Source: a virus
Direction: 5' to 3' (one strand)
IMG/VR virus record: IMGVR_UViG_3300032053_000008
DNA: 64,000 nt
The position numbers were made by a program, and so were the translations under genes. Every line of letters starts with the position of its first letter. The first letter of the stretch is position 1. The notes under the pieces were generated by a model. It saw nothing but the letters and a program-made list of their open reading frames with translations, made no database searches and was not told the DNA's origin. Positions 18,122-28,978 of this stretch are shown here, in pieces.

Positions 18122-21100
18122 TTAGCTTAACACACTTACGGTTATATCATTGGTTGGGTCCAAAACCAAGGCCTTTTCGTTATTGGCCACAGCAATCCGG
18201 TCTGCACTAGAGGTATAGGTTGGGAAAGTAATTACCACGGAAGTTACACCTTGGACTTTACTGACCGATTCAATAACCTTACTCAAAGGCACAGACTCAC
18301 CAACACCAAGGCTGTTCACAAACCCAGCCGCAGCAGCTTTGATGTTTTCCCTTACACTACTAAAAGGGATACCAGTTTTGAGACGTACTGCAAGGCTGAG
18401 ATTAACACGTCTGATCAAAGGGGGACTGATGTCAATACTAGTACCAGCCGCTCTTACGCCAGGGTATTGGCTTGGGTTGGTTGGGTCACCGTAAATGACT
18501 TTATTGACAGCTTTAACCAGACCTTCGTAGTTTTTGTATGCATCAATACCAAAAGCTGCCTGGGTGTCGTAGCCGAGTTTACCGATAGCTTCCACGTAAG
18601 CCCCGTTACTGCTAGTAAAGCGGCTAGTAAGGTTTGGCGTATCAAACACCAAAGACTGGGTAGTCGAGCTGCTAGGTCCAGCAGCCAAGATCTTTTTGTA
18701 AGCTTTAGTGGTGGACAATTGTTCCAAATTAACTTGCGGGTAAAAGTCCGCCAAAGTAACGGTTGGATTTGTTGCACTAAACGGCGTCAGATAAATTTGA
18801 GTGGGGCTTGGGAAAGAATAGCTTGGGTTATAAGCTTCATCTTGAACCGTATACCGACCAATGTTAAGAGTACCAAGGATTGGGCCAGACAAAACTAATG
18901 TGTCGCCAGGCATCACACTGTCGTAGCTGTAGCTGTTGATGTTGCTGGCATCACCTAAGGTTACAATTTGTTCAATAAAGTTCGTACCATCTAGGTAAAT
19001 GGTATCTTGCCCAAAGACACGTACAACTTGATGGATACCAGTGTTGCCGCCATTCCATTCCTGGATTTCCCATACTAATACCCATGGGCTACCAAGGTCA
19101 TCTGGATAGTCACCTTGACTTGGAGCAATACCACCCAAACGATAAGCTTTAGATTTAAACGTAACAGTTTGACCTACCAAGTAAGTGTCGGCAAAATCCC
19201 ACACTGTGTCTGGAATAGGCTTAACTGGAGATACAAGACTAGATCCACTAAGAGCAGTGAAGTTAAAGCCGCTATAGAAAACTCGGTCTCCAGCAACATA
19301 AGTGGAGGTGCCAGCCCATGCCAAGGCCGGTACGTTCTTAAGGCGTACCCAGTCACCTTCCTGGACACCAGCTGTACCGAAGTTTACAGCTTGGCCACTA
19401 AGTCTGATCAAAGCAGTGAAGTTGCCTTGTTTTTGGAGCTGGAACACGGTCGTTTCGTCGCTAGTAATAGCTCGAGCAGTTTGGAAAGTACCTGCCCCGC
19501 CAACCAGCTGGAGGTTAGTTACAGCTTGTATACGTAACTGGGTAGATCCATTGAAGCCTAGTTGTTTGTTCTGGAGAACAGTTTGACCAAGCTTTACCCA
19601 AGCTCCTTTGTCAAAACCGTGTCTTAGGTCATATGGAACATTAACCACACCAATCCTGTTTTCCAGCTCACTGCCGCTACCAACCAGGGCAACTATCTTT
19701 TGGTTAGCTGTTCCACCGGCCACTTGAATACTGCCAACACTACCAAATGTGTTGGTCATGATTTGCAAGTTTTGGTCGTAGTCAGCAAAAGACACTTCAG
19801 TCACATTACTGATACCGCTAACTACTAATTTGTTGTAAAAGCTTTGGAGCTGAGTGTTGTTGTAGGCCACAAGTTTAAAGGTTTCGCCAATAGTTGGCAA
19901 AATATTATAGGCATATTGGAGTACGAACTGTGGGTTAGGGCCAATGGCAGCCAGATCAGTCTGATCTACGTAGTTTTCGCCATCACCTAAAGCTAAGTAA
20001 GCGCTATAGCCGGTAAAGGTACCAGCCACTACACTAGTAGAACTTGTGATAGCAGTTACAGCTGTTTGTGTTGTGATTTGCCAAGTGCTTACGGTGAGCT
20101 GCTTGGTGGCCATAACTTCGTAAGTACCGTTATATGCACCAAGGCCGCTAAAGGTAATTTCGCTGCCAGCTGGAACATTAGCATTTACGATCCAATAAAC
20201 TTTTTGGCTACCAGCTACAGTTTTACGGCTTGTCACTGTACCACTTAAAAATCCACCAGACAGTTGAGTATCGAGGGTACTGGTAGCAACTAAGTCGCTA
20301 CCTAAAAAGCCGCTAGTTACCGAGGCACTCAAAATGCTGCTATAACTTTGGGCCAGTGCATCAATAATTTCCTGGCTAGTAGACTGAGCTTCTACGAAGT
20401 TAAGCAAAGCTCCACTAGATCCAACAGCCCGAGCCAAAGATCCTTGGCTTACCAAGCCAACGCTACTGCCTGGAGTAACAATAGCACTTTGGGTACCAGT
20501 GGTAAGCTCATAGAAAAAGGTGAAACTTGATGGGGCAGTCACAGCCCATTGCAAAGGATAAAGATTTGGTGCGTCACCGACAGTGGTAGCAATAAGGGCT
20601 ACATAGTTGTTGCCACTATAACTTACAATATCTGCAGGTGCATAACTGATAGAGTTGTTCCAAGCACTAACCGTAGCATTAACCACGGTGTTGACTGTAT
20701 AGGTATTATTGAAACTTTGGGTTGTAACTACCCACTGCAAAGGATAAAGATTTGGTACGTCACCAATAGTGGTAGCGATCAAGGCACGATAATTGTTGCC
20801 GCTATAACTAACGATACTCCCAGCTGTATAGCTGACAGAGTTGTTCCAAACGTCTAGTGTGCTACCAAGGATAGACACCGGTTGACCTATTGCCAGTCCA
20901 TGAGAAGGTAAAGTTGTAACCGTAACCAAACTGCCAGATCTAACCACAGATACGTTGCTAACGCTGGTGCCAGTGCCGTAAGTTTGGAAGTCAAACCAGC
21001 CGCCAACTACGCTAGGGAAAGTACCGTTGCGCAAATAAGTAAACTGAGTAGGAGTTGGGACAGACTGGACCGTAGCCAAGCCGTTATAGTTAGAGTCGGA

Positions 21101-24100
21101 AAAGTCACTAATTACAACAATATTACCAGCTACCAGACCATGAGGTGCGGTAGTAGTGGCTGTTACTACGTTATTGGTCAGAGCTGCAGATGACACTGTC
21201 CCACCAGGGACGCTGGTAGGTAAACTAACGCTAAACTGGTTAGCGTTGATAACGGTTGGGTAATAAGAGCCATTGATAGGCTGGGTAATACCAGAACTAA
21301 TGGCTGTGTTCCACAAGCCAATACGTTGGCCCTGGACAATGTTGTGTGGGCTAGCTGTAGTTACAACTAAAGTTCTATGAATGTTATATGATTGACCAAA
21401 GGCGATGTTGTCACTAACTACGCTGCCACTTGGCACAACCAAAGTAAAGCTAGTAGCTGTAACGTTTTGCAGTTTAGCTTGAAAGCCTTTGTTGCCACTA
21501 AGGAAATCTAGTGCTGCATCCAGAATTGCTACGTCACCAGTTTGCACAAAAGAAGTCAAAAGATTGGGTGCGGTACCTACTCGGTAGGTATAGACGATCT
21601 GGTCCGCTGCTCCAGGTAATGCGGTTACTTGAGTGGTCCAGCTAGTTGTACCATCAATAGTGGTGGTTCTGGCAGTGGTGACTGGCAAATACACAGCAAT
21701 GTCGGTCATAGAGCTGGTTTTATAGGCCAAATTCAAAGATGTGGCGGTTACGCTAGATGGGTAAAAGATACCAACTCTTTGGCTGTTACCACTTGGACCG
21801 TAGTCTGTGGCCGATACCGTCAAACTGTATATTGAGTCAGTCAATACAGTCTTAGCTTGACGCCAGATTTTCCAGCTATTAAAAGAATAGTCATAAAACG
21901 AAGCTGGATCGTCTAGTGTGAGTGAGCTTTCTGCATCATCAGCTGAAAAACTGATCAAAGTAGGGGTAGCATCAGCGTTAACTGTGATACCGCGAGCTAC
22001 AGGCAAAGTGTAAGTCTTGGTTACTTCGTCTCCGTCAACCACCACTACGCTGGTATCTGTATCAGATAAAGAGTAGCTATTTTGGTAGAAATAGCGGTCA
22101 CCGGTTTGTACTGGAGATTTACCATTAGCCATATAGGTAGGAGGATTAAGTGTAACCAAGTTGGTGGTAGAATCATAGTCACCAACAGATGCATGAGTAT
22201 ATTCACTGGTGTCAATAACTGTGGAATTTAAAGGACTTAGCCACATGCTAAGATTTCCACCGAGATCGGTGAAATCTGCTTGGGTAAAGTTGATACCGTT
22301 AGTTACAACAGGCAACGTACCCCAAGTAAATGATGGCATGCTGTATTGGGTATATGAGTTGGCGATAAAGCCCCGTTGGCTTGGGATGTTTTGCACGATA
22401 CTTGGGGGAATAATACCCAAGGCTTTGCCTGGACTGTCGGCTGCCACAAAAGCCAGTTCACCTTCAGGGCCAGCGGTCTGTGTGTTGAGCCTAACTGTAC
22501 TGCCAATAACCTGAGCCGTCACACCAGACAAACCCGCATTAATTTCTGCTGCAAACTGACTAAGAGTTCCAACACTAAAGCTGAGTTTCTGCAATGGAGC
22601 TAAAGATCTGACAATAACAAAACGATCTGTTGGGATAGTGGTTGGTGCACCAGATCCCGGTAGTCCAAAACCTGTAGCATTGACGGTGATACGACCAACT
22701 TGAGCTGTTTCTACTCGCCAGTACCCACGGAAGTTATATAAAGCTGGGTAGTTTAATTGATCAGCAGCTTCGGTCCAAGCCAAAAACCAATCGCCTGGCA
22801 ACACATCGCCAAAAGCTGTTGGATCTCCAGCTGGGGTTTTAGCGTTAATAGTTAGAGTTCCACTAGTTACAGACCAGTCTATTCTAGTAGTTCCATCAAT
22901 GCCGCTAGACAAAATAGCAGCCGATCCATCAACTACTAGCCAATAATTCCCAGGAGCACCGGGTCCATCTGGGATACTATTAGTAGACACATGGGCTCTC
23001 GATTGAGCGCTACCGGCAAACATGCTCTGACCAGCCGTAAGAGGATCGGTTAGTCCTATTTGGCCAGTTTGACGGTTAAGAGTATAGTCTGACTGGCGAC
23101 CTTGGGCATACAAGCCAGCGCCAATAGTAAACATTTTGTCTTTAGCGGTTCCACCTAAGATAGATATAATAGCCTGGGAAGTGGCCCCTCTTGCACTAGA
23201 AAAGCTAAGAGTTTCGCCAACCACACTGACTACTACGCCAGTCATTAAATAATTCAAGGCTTCAGCCCATACCGTAATACTAGTAAAAGAGCTAACTGTA
23301 GCAGTTATATCAAACTGTTGAAACACAGCTTGAGTTAAAGTTACAGAGATTTCTGGGGTACCATCAACCTGATAAATCAGGGTGTCACCTTCGCTAAGGC
23401 TACTGGACCAAGAACTTTTAACTCTGGAATACAAAGTGGCGCTAGACCCGTCTTCATACAAAAGTGTATCGTTTTTATATAGCAAAAGGGTGTATTGGAT
23501 ATCTGTTGGGAAACTCATAACGGTATTTGCGTTAAGGGTTCCGGTGTCAACTACACGCATTTCGTTTTTGGTATTATCTTTTGGGAAAATGACGATACGG
23601 GTGCCGTTGTCGGCGGTATTGGCCGAAAAGTTGATGTTTGGGTCACCGTTAATGCTTGAGATAACTTCGTAGGAAGTTGCCTTACCAGGGACTCGGAAGT
23701 CTCCTGCAGCAAAGTAATGGGTGGTTGACTCACCTTCGATATCTACCGTAAGGCTGTAATTTTCATACAAATTAAAGGGAGCTTGAGCTAGTGTAAAAAG
23801 TCTTACACTAGCAACTGGGTACTGGCGTAACTGGAGTTCTTGTTCTCCACCTAAAGCTTCACTGAGAACAGTTTCGATACCTGTTTGGCCATATATAGGC
23901 TGGTAGCCAGTACCGTCATCGATAACTAAAGTGGAGCTATTGTTGCTGTATCTTACTACTGCACTAGACTGAACCGTGTTTTGGTCATCTGGGGACGTAA
24001 CACCTAAGGCCGCGTACTTAATAGCAGCTTCGGTACCTTTGGACTTAATTTGTTCAGCTATTTTGATCTTAGACCTGATTGTGTCATCGTCGTCTGGTGG

Positions 24101-24907
24101 GAAACCGTTGGTTACTGCATTTGGATTAAACGCAATAGACTGAAATGACAAGCCAGAAGTTTCACGGATAGCTCCCCTTGGCACGTTACCTTTGGTGCCA
24201 AGTTCCACACATGACACCGGAACATCCAAAGCAGTTACGTCACCGTCTGGAATACTGACAGTAGCGGTAGTCTTAAAGGACACGCTTGTTACGCTGCTTG
24301 AACCTGGTGTATTGACCAAACTACCGCTTGGTATAGTTCTTTTGCCGCCTTGGCTCAAAATAACGGTTTCACCAATGTTGTGGAATTTGGTAGTAGGAGA
24401 ACTGGGGCTAAGGGTAATTAGCCAATAGGCTCCACCAGATTGCTGGCTTACCGAAGTATAAGCTAGTGGGCCTTCAACGTTTGGAGTACCACGACCAATA
24501 TAGATGCTGCCAGTAGCAGCAAACTTACTAGCATCATTGACATAAATGCTAAGACTACCAGCAACTGGGGCTGGCTGGCCAGCATAAACGCTAGAAGAAA
24601 TCTTGGTAAAAGAAATATCTGTGATATCAACGCGAGTAGAGGCAAAAGTGCCAGAGCTGATAGTAATATCGGCGTCAGCCGCTAGGCGCTGTAAAGACTC
24701 ACCTGTTGCTCTGTCTACAGACAAAGCATCAATCATGGCAATAACGTCAGCCGCAGCTTTAAAGTTTTGCTGGGCTACCGCACTAAAGAACTGGAGGATA
24801 ACCGATCCACGGCTAAAGTCATTAACGTCAGGCACCCTGGCCAGAAAGCTGGTGATCAGTTCACCGAGTATTTGTTCTTTAGACCTTAGAACTGGTAAAT
24901 CTGCCAT
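18122..24907 (-). CDS. giant baseplate J-like wedge protein with inserted carbohydrate-binding (CBM5/12-like) modules
   Basis: N-terminal A.G..L..LA...GN......G...E.DD..R...GT..AI baseplate-J pattern; C-terminal RAAG...L.VG..V..S.VI...V.GV; 2261 aa. Confidence 0.85.
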   Translation of the reverse strand: MADLPVLRSKEQILGELITSFLARVPDVNDFSRGSVILQFFSAVAQQNFKAAADVIAMIDALSVDRATGESLQRLAADADITISSGTFASTRVDITDISFTKISSSVYAGQPAPVAGSLSIYVNDASKFAATGSIYIGRGTPNVEGPLAYTSVSQQSGGAYWLITLSPSSPTTKFHNIGETVILSQGGKRTIPSGSLVNTPGSSSVTSVSFKTTATVSIPDGDVTALDVPVSCVELGTKGNVPRGAIRETSGLSFQSIAFNPNAVTNGFPPDDDDTIRSKIKIAEQIKSKGTEAAIKYAALGVTSPDDQNTVQSSAVVRYSNNSSTLVIDDGTGYQPIYGQTGIETVLSEALGGEQELQLRQYPVASVRLFTLAQAPFNLYENYSLTVDIEGESTTHYFAAGDFRVPGKATSYEVISSINGDPNINFSANTADNGTRIVIFPKDNTKNEMRVVDTGTLNANTVMSFPTDIQYTLLLYKNDTLLYEDGSSATLYSRVKSSWSSSLSEGDTLIYQVDGTPEISVTLTQAVFQQFDITATVSSFTSITVWAEALNYLMTGVVVSVVGETLSFSSARGATSQAIISILGGTAKDKMFTIGAGLYAQGRQSDYTLNRQTGQIGLTDPLTAGQSMFAGSAQSRAHVSTNSIPDGPGAPGNYWLVVDGSAAILSSGIDGTTRIDWSVTSGTLTINAKTPAGDPTAFGDVLPGDWFLAWTEAADQLNYPALYNFRGYWRVETAQVGRITVNATGFGLPGSGAPTTIPTDRFVIVRSLAPLQKLSFSVGTLSQFAAEINAGLSGVTAQVIGSTVRLNTQTAGPEGELAFVAADSPGKALGIIPPSIVQNIPSQRGFIANSYTQYSMPSFTWGTLPVVTNGINFTQADFTDLGGNLSMWLSPLNSTVIDTSEYTHASVGDYDSTTNLVTLNPPTYMANGKSPVQTGDRYFYQNSYSLSDTDTSVVVVDGDEVTKTYTLPVARGITVNADATPTLISFSADDAESSLTLDDPASFYDYSFNSWKIWRQAKTVLTDSIYSLTVSATDYGPSGNSQRVGIFYPSSVTATSLNLAYKTSSMTDIAVYLPVTTARTTTIDGTTSWTTQVTALPGAADQIVYTYRVGTAPNLLTSFVQTGDVAILDAALDFLSGNKGFQAKLQNVTATSFTLVVPSGSVVSDNIAFGQSYNIHRTLVVTTASPHNIVQGQRIGLWNTAISSGITQPINGSYYPTVINANQFSVSLPTSVPGGTVSSAALTNNVVTATTTAPHGLVAGNIVVISDFSDSNYNGLATVQSVPTPTQFTYLRNGTFPSVVGGWFDFQTYGTGTSVSNVSVVRSGSLVTVTTLPSHGLAIGQPVSILGSTLDVWNNSVSYTAGSIVSYSGNNYRALIATTIGDVPNLYPLQWVVTTQSFNNTYTVNTVVNATVSAWNNSISYAPADIVSYSGNNYVALIATTVGDAPNLYPLQWAVTAPSSFTFFYELTTGTQSAIVTPGSSVGLVSQGSLARAVGSSGALLNFVEAQSTSQEIIDALAQSYSSILSASVTSGFLGSDLVATSTLDTQLSGGFLSGTVTSRKTVAGSQKVYWIVNANVPAGSEITFSGLGAYNGTYEVMATKQLTVSTWQITTQTAVTAITSSTSVVAGTFTGYSAYLALGDGENYVDQTDLAAIGPNPQFVLQYAYNILPTIGETFKLVAYNNTQLQSFYNKLVVSGISNVTEVSFADYDQNLQIMTNTFGSVGSIQVAGGTANQKIVALVGSGSELENRIGVVNVPYDLRHGFDKGAWVKLGQTVLQNKQLGFNGSTQLRIQAVTNLQLVGGAGTFQTARAITSDETTVFQLQKQGNFTALIRLSGQAVNFGTAGVQEGDWVRLKNVPALAWAGTSTYVAGDRVFYSGFNFTALSGSSLVSPVKPIPDTVWDFADTYLVGQTVTFKSKAYRLGGIAPSQGDYPDDLGSPWVLVWEIQEWNGGNTGIHQVVRVFGQDTIYLDGTNFIEQIVTLGDASNINSYSYDSVMPGDTLVLSGPILGTLNIGRYTVQDEAYNPSYSFPSPTQIYLTPFSATNPTVTLADFYPQVNLEQLSTTKAYKKILAAGPSSSTTQSLVFDTPNLTSRFTSSNGAYVEAIGKLGYDTQAAFGIDAYKNYEGLVKAVNKVIYGDPTNPSQYPGVRAAGTSIDISPPLIRRVNLSLAVRLKTGIPFSSVRENIKAAAAGFVNSLGVGESVPLSKVIESVSKVQGVTSVVITFPTYTSSADRIAVANNEKALVLDPTNDITVSVLS
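20546..20848 (-). repeat. intragenic duplication of a ~117-bp CBM5/12-like module
   Basis: 20546-20662 and 20731-20848 both encode WNNS.SY....IVSYSGNNY.ALIATT.GD.PNLYPLQW. Confidence 0.9.
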
Positions 24908-24919
24908 TTTATGGACCTT

Positions 24920-25516
24920 TTACTGGAATTTAGCGATTAGTAGACCGGGTGTTGGTGGGGATACCCCGAAAGGAACTATACCAGGGACGCCAACCAGCAG
25001 TCCAGCTGAAAATCCCTGTGCAATACCCTTGATAAAATAAGTACCGTATTGACTTGACGCTAATTGCTGCTGACTTTCGGCAGGAAGATTGGCTAAGATA
25101 AGATTAGCAATTATCTCACCAGGCACGTTTTGTGGTGGACCAGCTTGCCCACCATAAGTAGAAACTGAAATAATATCAGTAAATTGCGCAAAATGGGCAC
25201 AACTGCTTTGATAAATTGCATCTAACATGTAGTCCAACGCTTCACCTTTACCGCCAAAATAGCCGACCAGAGCCGTAATCGCCGCCTGTTTACACAAACT
25301 CGGTTCTACCGTCAAACCTAGGCCGTTACCTGCCACAATAGGGCTTGGTATTAAAGACACGGCTACGGCCTGTTGCAGAGCGCCAATGACTCCCTTGGAT
25401 ATAGCTTGACATAAAACCTGTTGAAATGGCTGAGGAACAGCCCCTGGACTCATTTTTTGCATATTAGCGCGAAAAAGATTAAGCATATTAGTAGCTAACA
25501 CACTATCTGACATCAT
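24920..25516 (-). CDS. baseplate-associated hypothetical protein
   Basis: Lies between the gp25-like gene and baseplate-J. Confidence 0.6.
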   Translation of the reverse strand: MMSDSVLATNMLNLFRANMQKMSPGAVPQPFQQVLCQAISKGVIGALQQAVAVSLIPSPIVAGNGLGLTVEPSLCKQAAITALVGYFGGKGEALDYMLDAIYQSSCAHFAQFTDIISVSTYGGQAGPPQNVPGEIIANLILANLPAESQQQLASSQYGTYFIKGIAQGFSAGLLVGVPGIVPFGVSPPTPGLLIAKFQ

Positions 25517-28167
25517 CTGGTTGGCACCGTGGTTTTTATTGGCATAAGGGTACCGGTACTTGCAATACCAAGTAACAGTTCAATGTTTACGCTACCACCT
25601 TTTGTTAAAACTCGTCCAGCCTTTAGTCCGCTAAAGCGGTTATCTTGGGCAAAAAGAACAGCTAGATCATTAAGGGCCGTGCCCGGATTAAAGGTGGCTA
25701 CACTAGATCCAACTTGAACTGGATTACCAAAAAAAGGATCATCGAGTAGGTCACCTTTGTGAGTATAAAGCTTAATAAATGCTGCCTGAGTAAGGTTGGA
25801 GTAAGACCGAGCTACCGCTACGTCACTTCCTACTAATTGAATGTCTGCTGTACCTTGGCTGGTATCAAAATTAAGAGCAAAGTCAGACAAAGCCAAATAG
25901 GTGATATTTTGCAAATCTTTTTCGCTTGGGTTAATGCTCATGTTGCTAGGCACTTCGGCTGCATTTTGGCTTGGTATAGCAATCATCATAAAGCTATTTA
26001 CAGTGTTGGGCTTATAAGCGTGGAGCTTGGCTTGATCGGCTGCCGTAAATCTAGACAAATCCGCGTCACCGTTTACAGTTATCAAAGTCTGTATACTAGA
26101 AATTATCTTAATGGCGTCTATTCGCCTTGGTTCTGGTCTTTGGGTTATACTTTGGATCAGAATAGGTTGACCGATATACAAACCTTCTGGACTGGTTATC
26201 AAAAAGCTGTTACCAGACCCAGTAGACCTAAAGGGCACAAAAAAACCAACTTCGTCTACGTATGGTTCTTTAAGGCCATTAATCGCTGCAATTTCAATCC
26301 ATCTGTTCACATCACCTAAATAAGTTTGCGACAAACTTTCTAAGCTAGCTCCAAGAGGGAATGGTACATAGAACTTACTATTACTTTCAACAAAATCAAT
26401 ACCTTGGGTTCTGGCATAAGTGCCGTACCACCTAGAATAGTCTTCGTCTGTGGTGTTCTTTTGCGAGCGCATCAAAACAATCATCTGGTCCAAAGCTAGA
26501 CTCATGTCATTCATTACACTAAGTATTTCTATGTCTTCCGTGGTAAGAGCCTTAGTGTAAGTTGGACTGGCTAGGCCAAAGATCTGGTCATAAACCGGGC
26601 TGTTACCGCCAATACGCTGGGACAACAAAGCGGTAAACGAATCTAAAGCTAGCTTAATAATTTGTATATCTTCTGAAGTAAGCAAAGCAGCATTTTGTTC
26701 TTCTTGGGCTATCAATTCCTGGGTGGCTGAGTTTAATTGTAAAGTGTTGATAGTGGCAACACTAAGGATTTCGTCATATTCAGCCGGGTTGGCAAACATA
26801 TCACCAAAAGGATCTACTTCTAGTCCACCAGTTAAAGATGTTTGTTGTCCAGGAGAGTTTGGTCCTGACCTGGTGTTGTCTTGTTGATTAGCTGAAGTAT
26901 CAAACGGTGATGTAGTGGCCTTACCATCACGTTGAGGTTCGCCGCCATATACGTGAGCATTTATGCTTTTAATTTTTTGACGTATTTGTTCAGCTGTGCG
27001 GCTTTGCGACTGGTCATGAGACAAATTGGCAAAAGTTTCTTTAATTTGAGCTTCAGCGCTTCGAATAATAACGTCACTATAGTCAGTGATAGTTTTAGGG
27101 ATATTAGCTACAGTCTTGGCTAAAATTCTGGTTTTTTTAAGAGGTTGCAAAACTGCTGTATTTAAGTCAGCCTGAAAACCTTGCAACACACTAAGACCTT
27201 TGTTAATGGTAGCAATACCTTGGTCTAGTGTGCGGTTGATTTGAGCAAAAGGATTGATCGATTTTTCATTATGACCCGACTTAAAAGTTTCCGGCTTAGG
27301 CACTTCGCCTGTGTTAGGTGGCAATTCTGGCCACCTTTGCCAAGCAACTAAAGAAATAGAATAAAGATATTCTAGTGTTCCCGCTCCTTTACGTACAGAC
27401 ATGTTACTAAGTGAACAGTTGTAATACATCTTGTCTTTGTGCATCAAAAACATCAAAACCAGGTTCTTGTTGCCAGCTTTTTTAAGTTCAAGGTAAAGAT
27501 CCATAAAACGCATTAAATTGTGCGCAATTATATATCCAGTTTGTCCGCCATTAGACCAAGAAGCGTGCGTATCTAAAACCGGGCTATTTAAAGGAAGGCT
27601 TTCACCCATAAATGCACTAGCAATATTACCAACAGCCTGTAGTGTCTGTTTTGCTGAACTTACAGTACTCTGGGCTGCTTTTATAGTATTTTGAAAAAGA
27701 TAGTCTAATGGACCTTTTTTATTGCCACCTGAGTTTGTCTGATTGCTGTTTGAAACGGCGGTAGGGTACACACCGGTAGACCCATTGATAGATATTTGAC
27801 GTAATGGTGCTCCATTGTGCTCTTCTACGATACCCTTCATAGTCACAGTGGTATTAATAGCAGCGGGAACACTAATGTTTATAGATTGAGGAGGTAAAGG
27901 CAAAACAAAAGACATGACTTTTGTTTTGTTTTTTATATCGTATATAACAAACTCATAGTTGAACTTGCTAAATGAATTGGCAGCATCCAGCGATTGATAC
28001 TGAAACAATAAAGAGTCTTGAGATAGTTTATATTGCTTTATTATCGAAGCAGAATCAGTTAGATATAGACCGGACCCATCTGACAAGGTATCTTGTCCGG
28101 TACCTACTCCTATCAGTTTTGCGCCTTGGTCTAATAAGCCGTCCCTAGCATCGTCTAAAAGTGTCAT
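25513..28167 (-). CDS. baseplate protein with LysM-like and C-terminal gp25/gpW-like domains
   Basis: SLESLSQTYLGDVNRWIEIAAINGL (LysM/tail X); NLTQA....L.T.KG.L..DP.FG (gp25-like). Confidence 0.75.
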   Translation of the reverse strand: MTLLDDARDGLLDQGAKLIGVGTGQDTLSDGSGLYLTDSASIIKQYKLSQDSLLFQYQSLDAANSFSKFNYEFVIYDIKNKTKVMSFVLPLPPQSINISVPAAINTTVTMKGIVEEHNGAPLRQISINGSTGVYPTAVSNSNQTNSGGNKKGPLDYLFQNTIKAAQSTVSSAKQTLQAVGNIASAFMGESLPLNSPVLDTHASWSNGGQTGYIIAHNLMRFMDLYLELKKAGNKNLVLMFLMHKDKMYYNCSLSNMSVRKGAGTLEYLYSISLVAWQRWPELPPNTGEVPKPETFKSGHNEKSINPFAQINRTLDQGIATINKGLSVLQGFQADLNTAVLQPLKKTRILAKTVANIPKTITDYSDVIIRSAEAQIKETFANLSHDQSQSRTAEQIRQKIKSINAHVYGGEPQRDGKATTSPFDTSANQQDNTRSGPNSPGQQTSLTGGLEVDPFGDMFANPAEYDEILSVATINTLQLNSATQELIAQEEQNAALLTSEDIQIIKLALDSFTALLSQRIGGNSPVYDQIFGLASPTYTKALTTEDIEILSVMNDMSLALDQMIVLMRSQKNTTDEDYSRWYGTYARTQGIDFVESNSKFYVPFPLGASLESLSQTYLGDVNRWIEIAAINGLKEPYVDEVGFFVPFRSTGSGNSFLITSPEGLYIGQPILIQSITQRPEPRRIDAIKIISSIQTLITVNGDADLSRFTAADQAKLHAYKPNTVNSFMMIAIPSQNAAEVPSNMSINPSEKDLQNITYLALSDFALNFDTSQGTADIQLVGSDVAVARSYSNLTQAAFIKLYTHKGDLLDDPFFGNPVQVGSSVATFNPGTALNDLAVLFAQDNRFSGLKAGRVLTKGGSVNIELLLGIASTGTLMPIKTTVPTR

Positions 28168-28168
28168 A

Positions 28169-28978
28169 TTAACTTCCTGCCTTTACTTTTGTGCTGCCGA
28201 TAAAAGGAGCCCCGGTTACATAGCAGGCTGGTTGGGTCATAGTGGTAAGGACCATTCCCTCTTCACCAGCTAAACTGATTTGTAGTGCGTCTATTTTGAC
28301 TGATTGACTGGCTTTTATTTCAGCTGTAAGTACGTCAGCTTTAAGCTTTTTAGCTTTTACGTTGGCATTGCTGCATGTCAAATTGACATCACCGGCCACC
28401 TTAAGGGTAGCATCACCGGCTATAGTGATTGAGTTGTCACCTCTAACTGTGATCTTTAAATCACCACATTTAATAGTTACAGCATCGTTTGCGTTGTCAA
28501 TTTTGATTTCATTTAAGCCGGTTACTTTGTCAGCTGTAAGAGTGATATCGTCTGGGGTAAGCAAAATCTCTGAAGCTACTGGCCCTGTTTCACCGTCTAG
28601 TGTGCGAATAGCGTAAGTACCGTCTGGCGTAATTTCTGTTTCGGTTTGACGCAAGTGCTGCAAAAAGCTAGGGCCATCCGTAACCTTTGGTTTTATTTCT
28701 GCCTTCCTAGATCCACCAACTATAACCCCAATGTTTGGCAAACCATTGATAAACATAACCAAAGCTCGATAGTTTTTATCTAAAACGTGATCAGCATAAT
28801 CTATTGGACTACCAAACCATCCATCCATAACGGTGCATCGGTAGGTTTGTTGGGCTCCACCGTCAAGGGTTATATGGACATCATATTCGTATTGGTACTT
28901 GGTGATACTTTCCTTGTCTTTAGGAGATATAACCTTTATCACTGTTCCGCAATACAGGCCGTTTAATTTATACATCAA
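28169..28978 (-). CDS. baseplate central spike (gpV/gp45-like)
   Basis: N-terminal OB-fold-like region (VMFING....GVIVG), beta-helix repeats, C-terminal CYVTGAPF..S.KVKA tip. Confidence 0.8.
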   Translation of the reverse strand: MMYKLNGLYCGTVIKVISPKDKESITKYQYEYDVHITLDGGAQQTYRCTVMDGWFGSPIDYADHVLDKNYRALVMFINGLPNIGVIVGGSRKAEIKPKVTDGPSFLQHLRQTETEITPDGTYAIRTLDGETGPVASEILLTPDDITLTADKVTGLNEIKIDNANDAVTIKCGDLKITVRGDNSITIAGDATLKVAGDVNLTCSNANVKAKKLKADVLTAEIKASQSVKIDALQISLAGEEGMVLTTMTQPACYVTGAPFIGSTKVKAGS

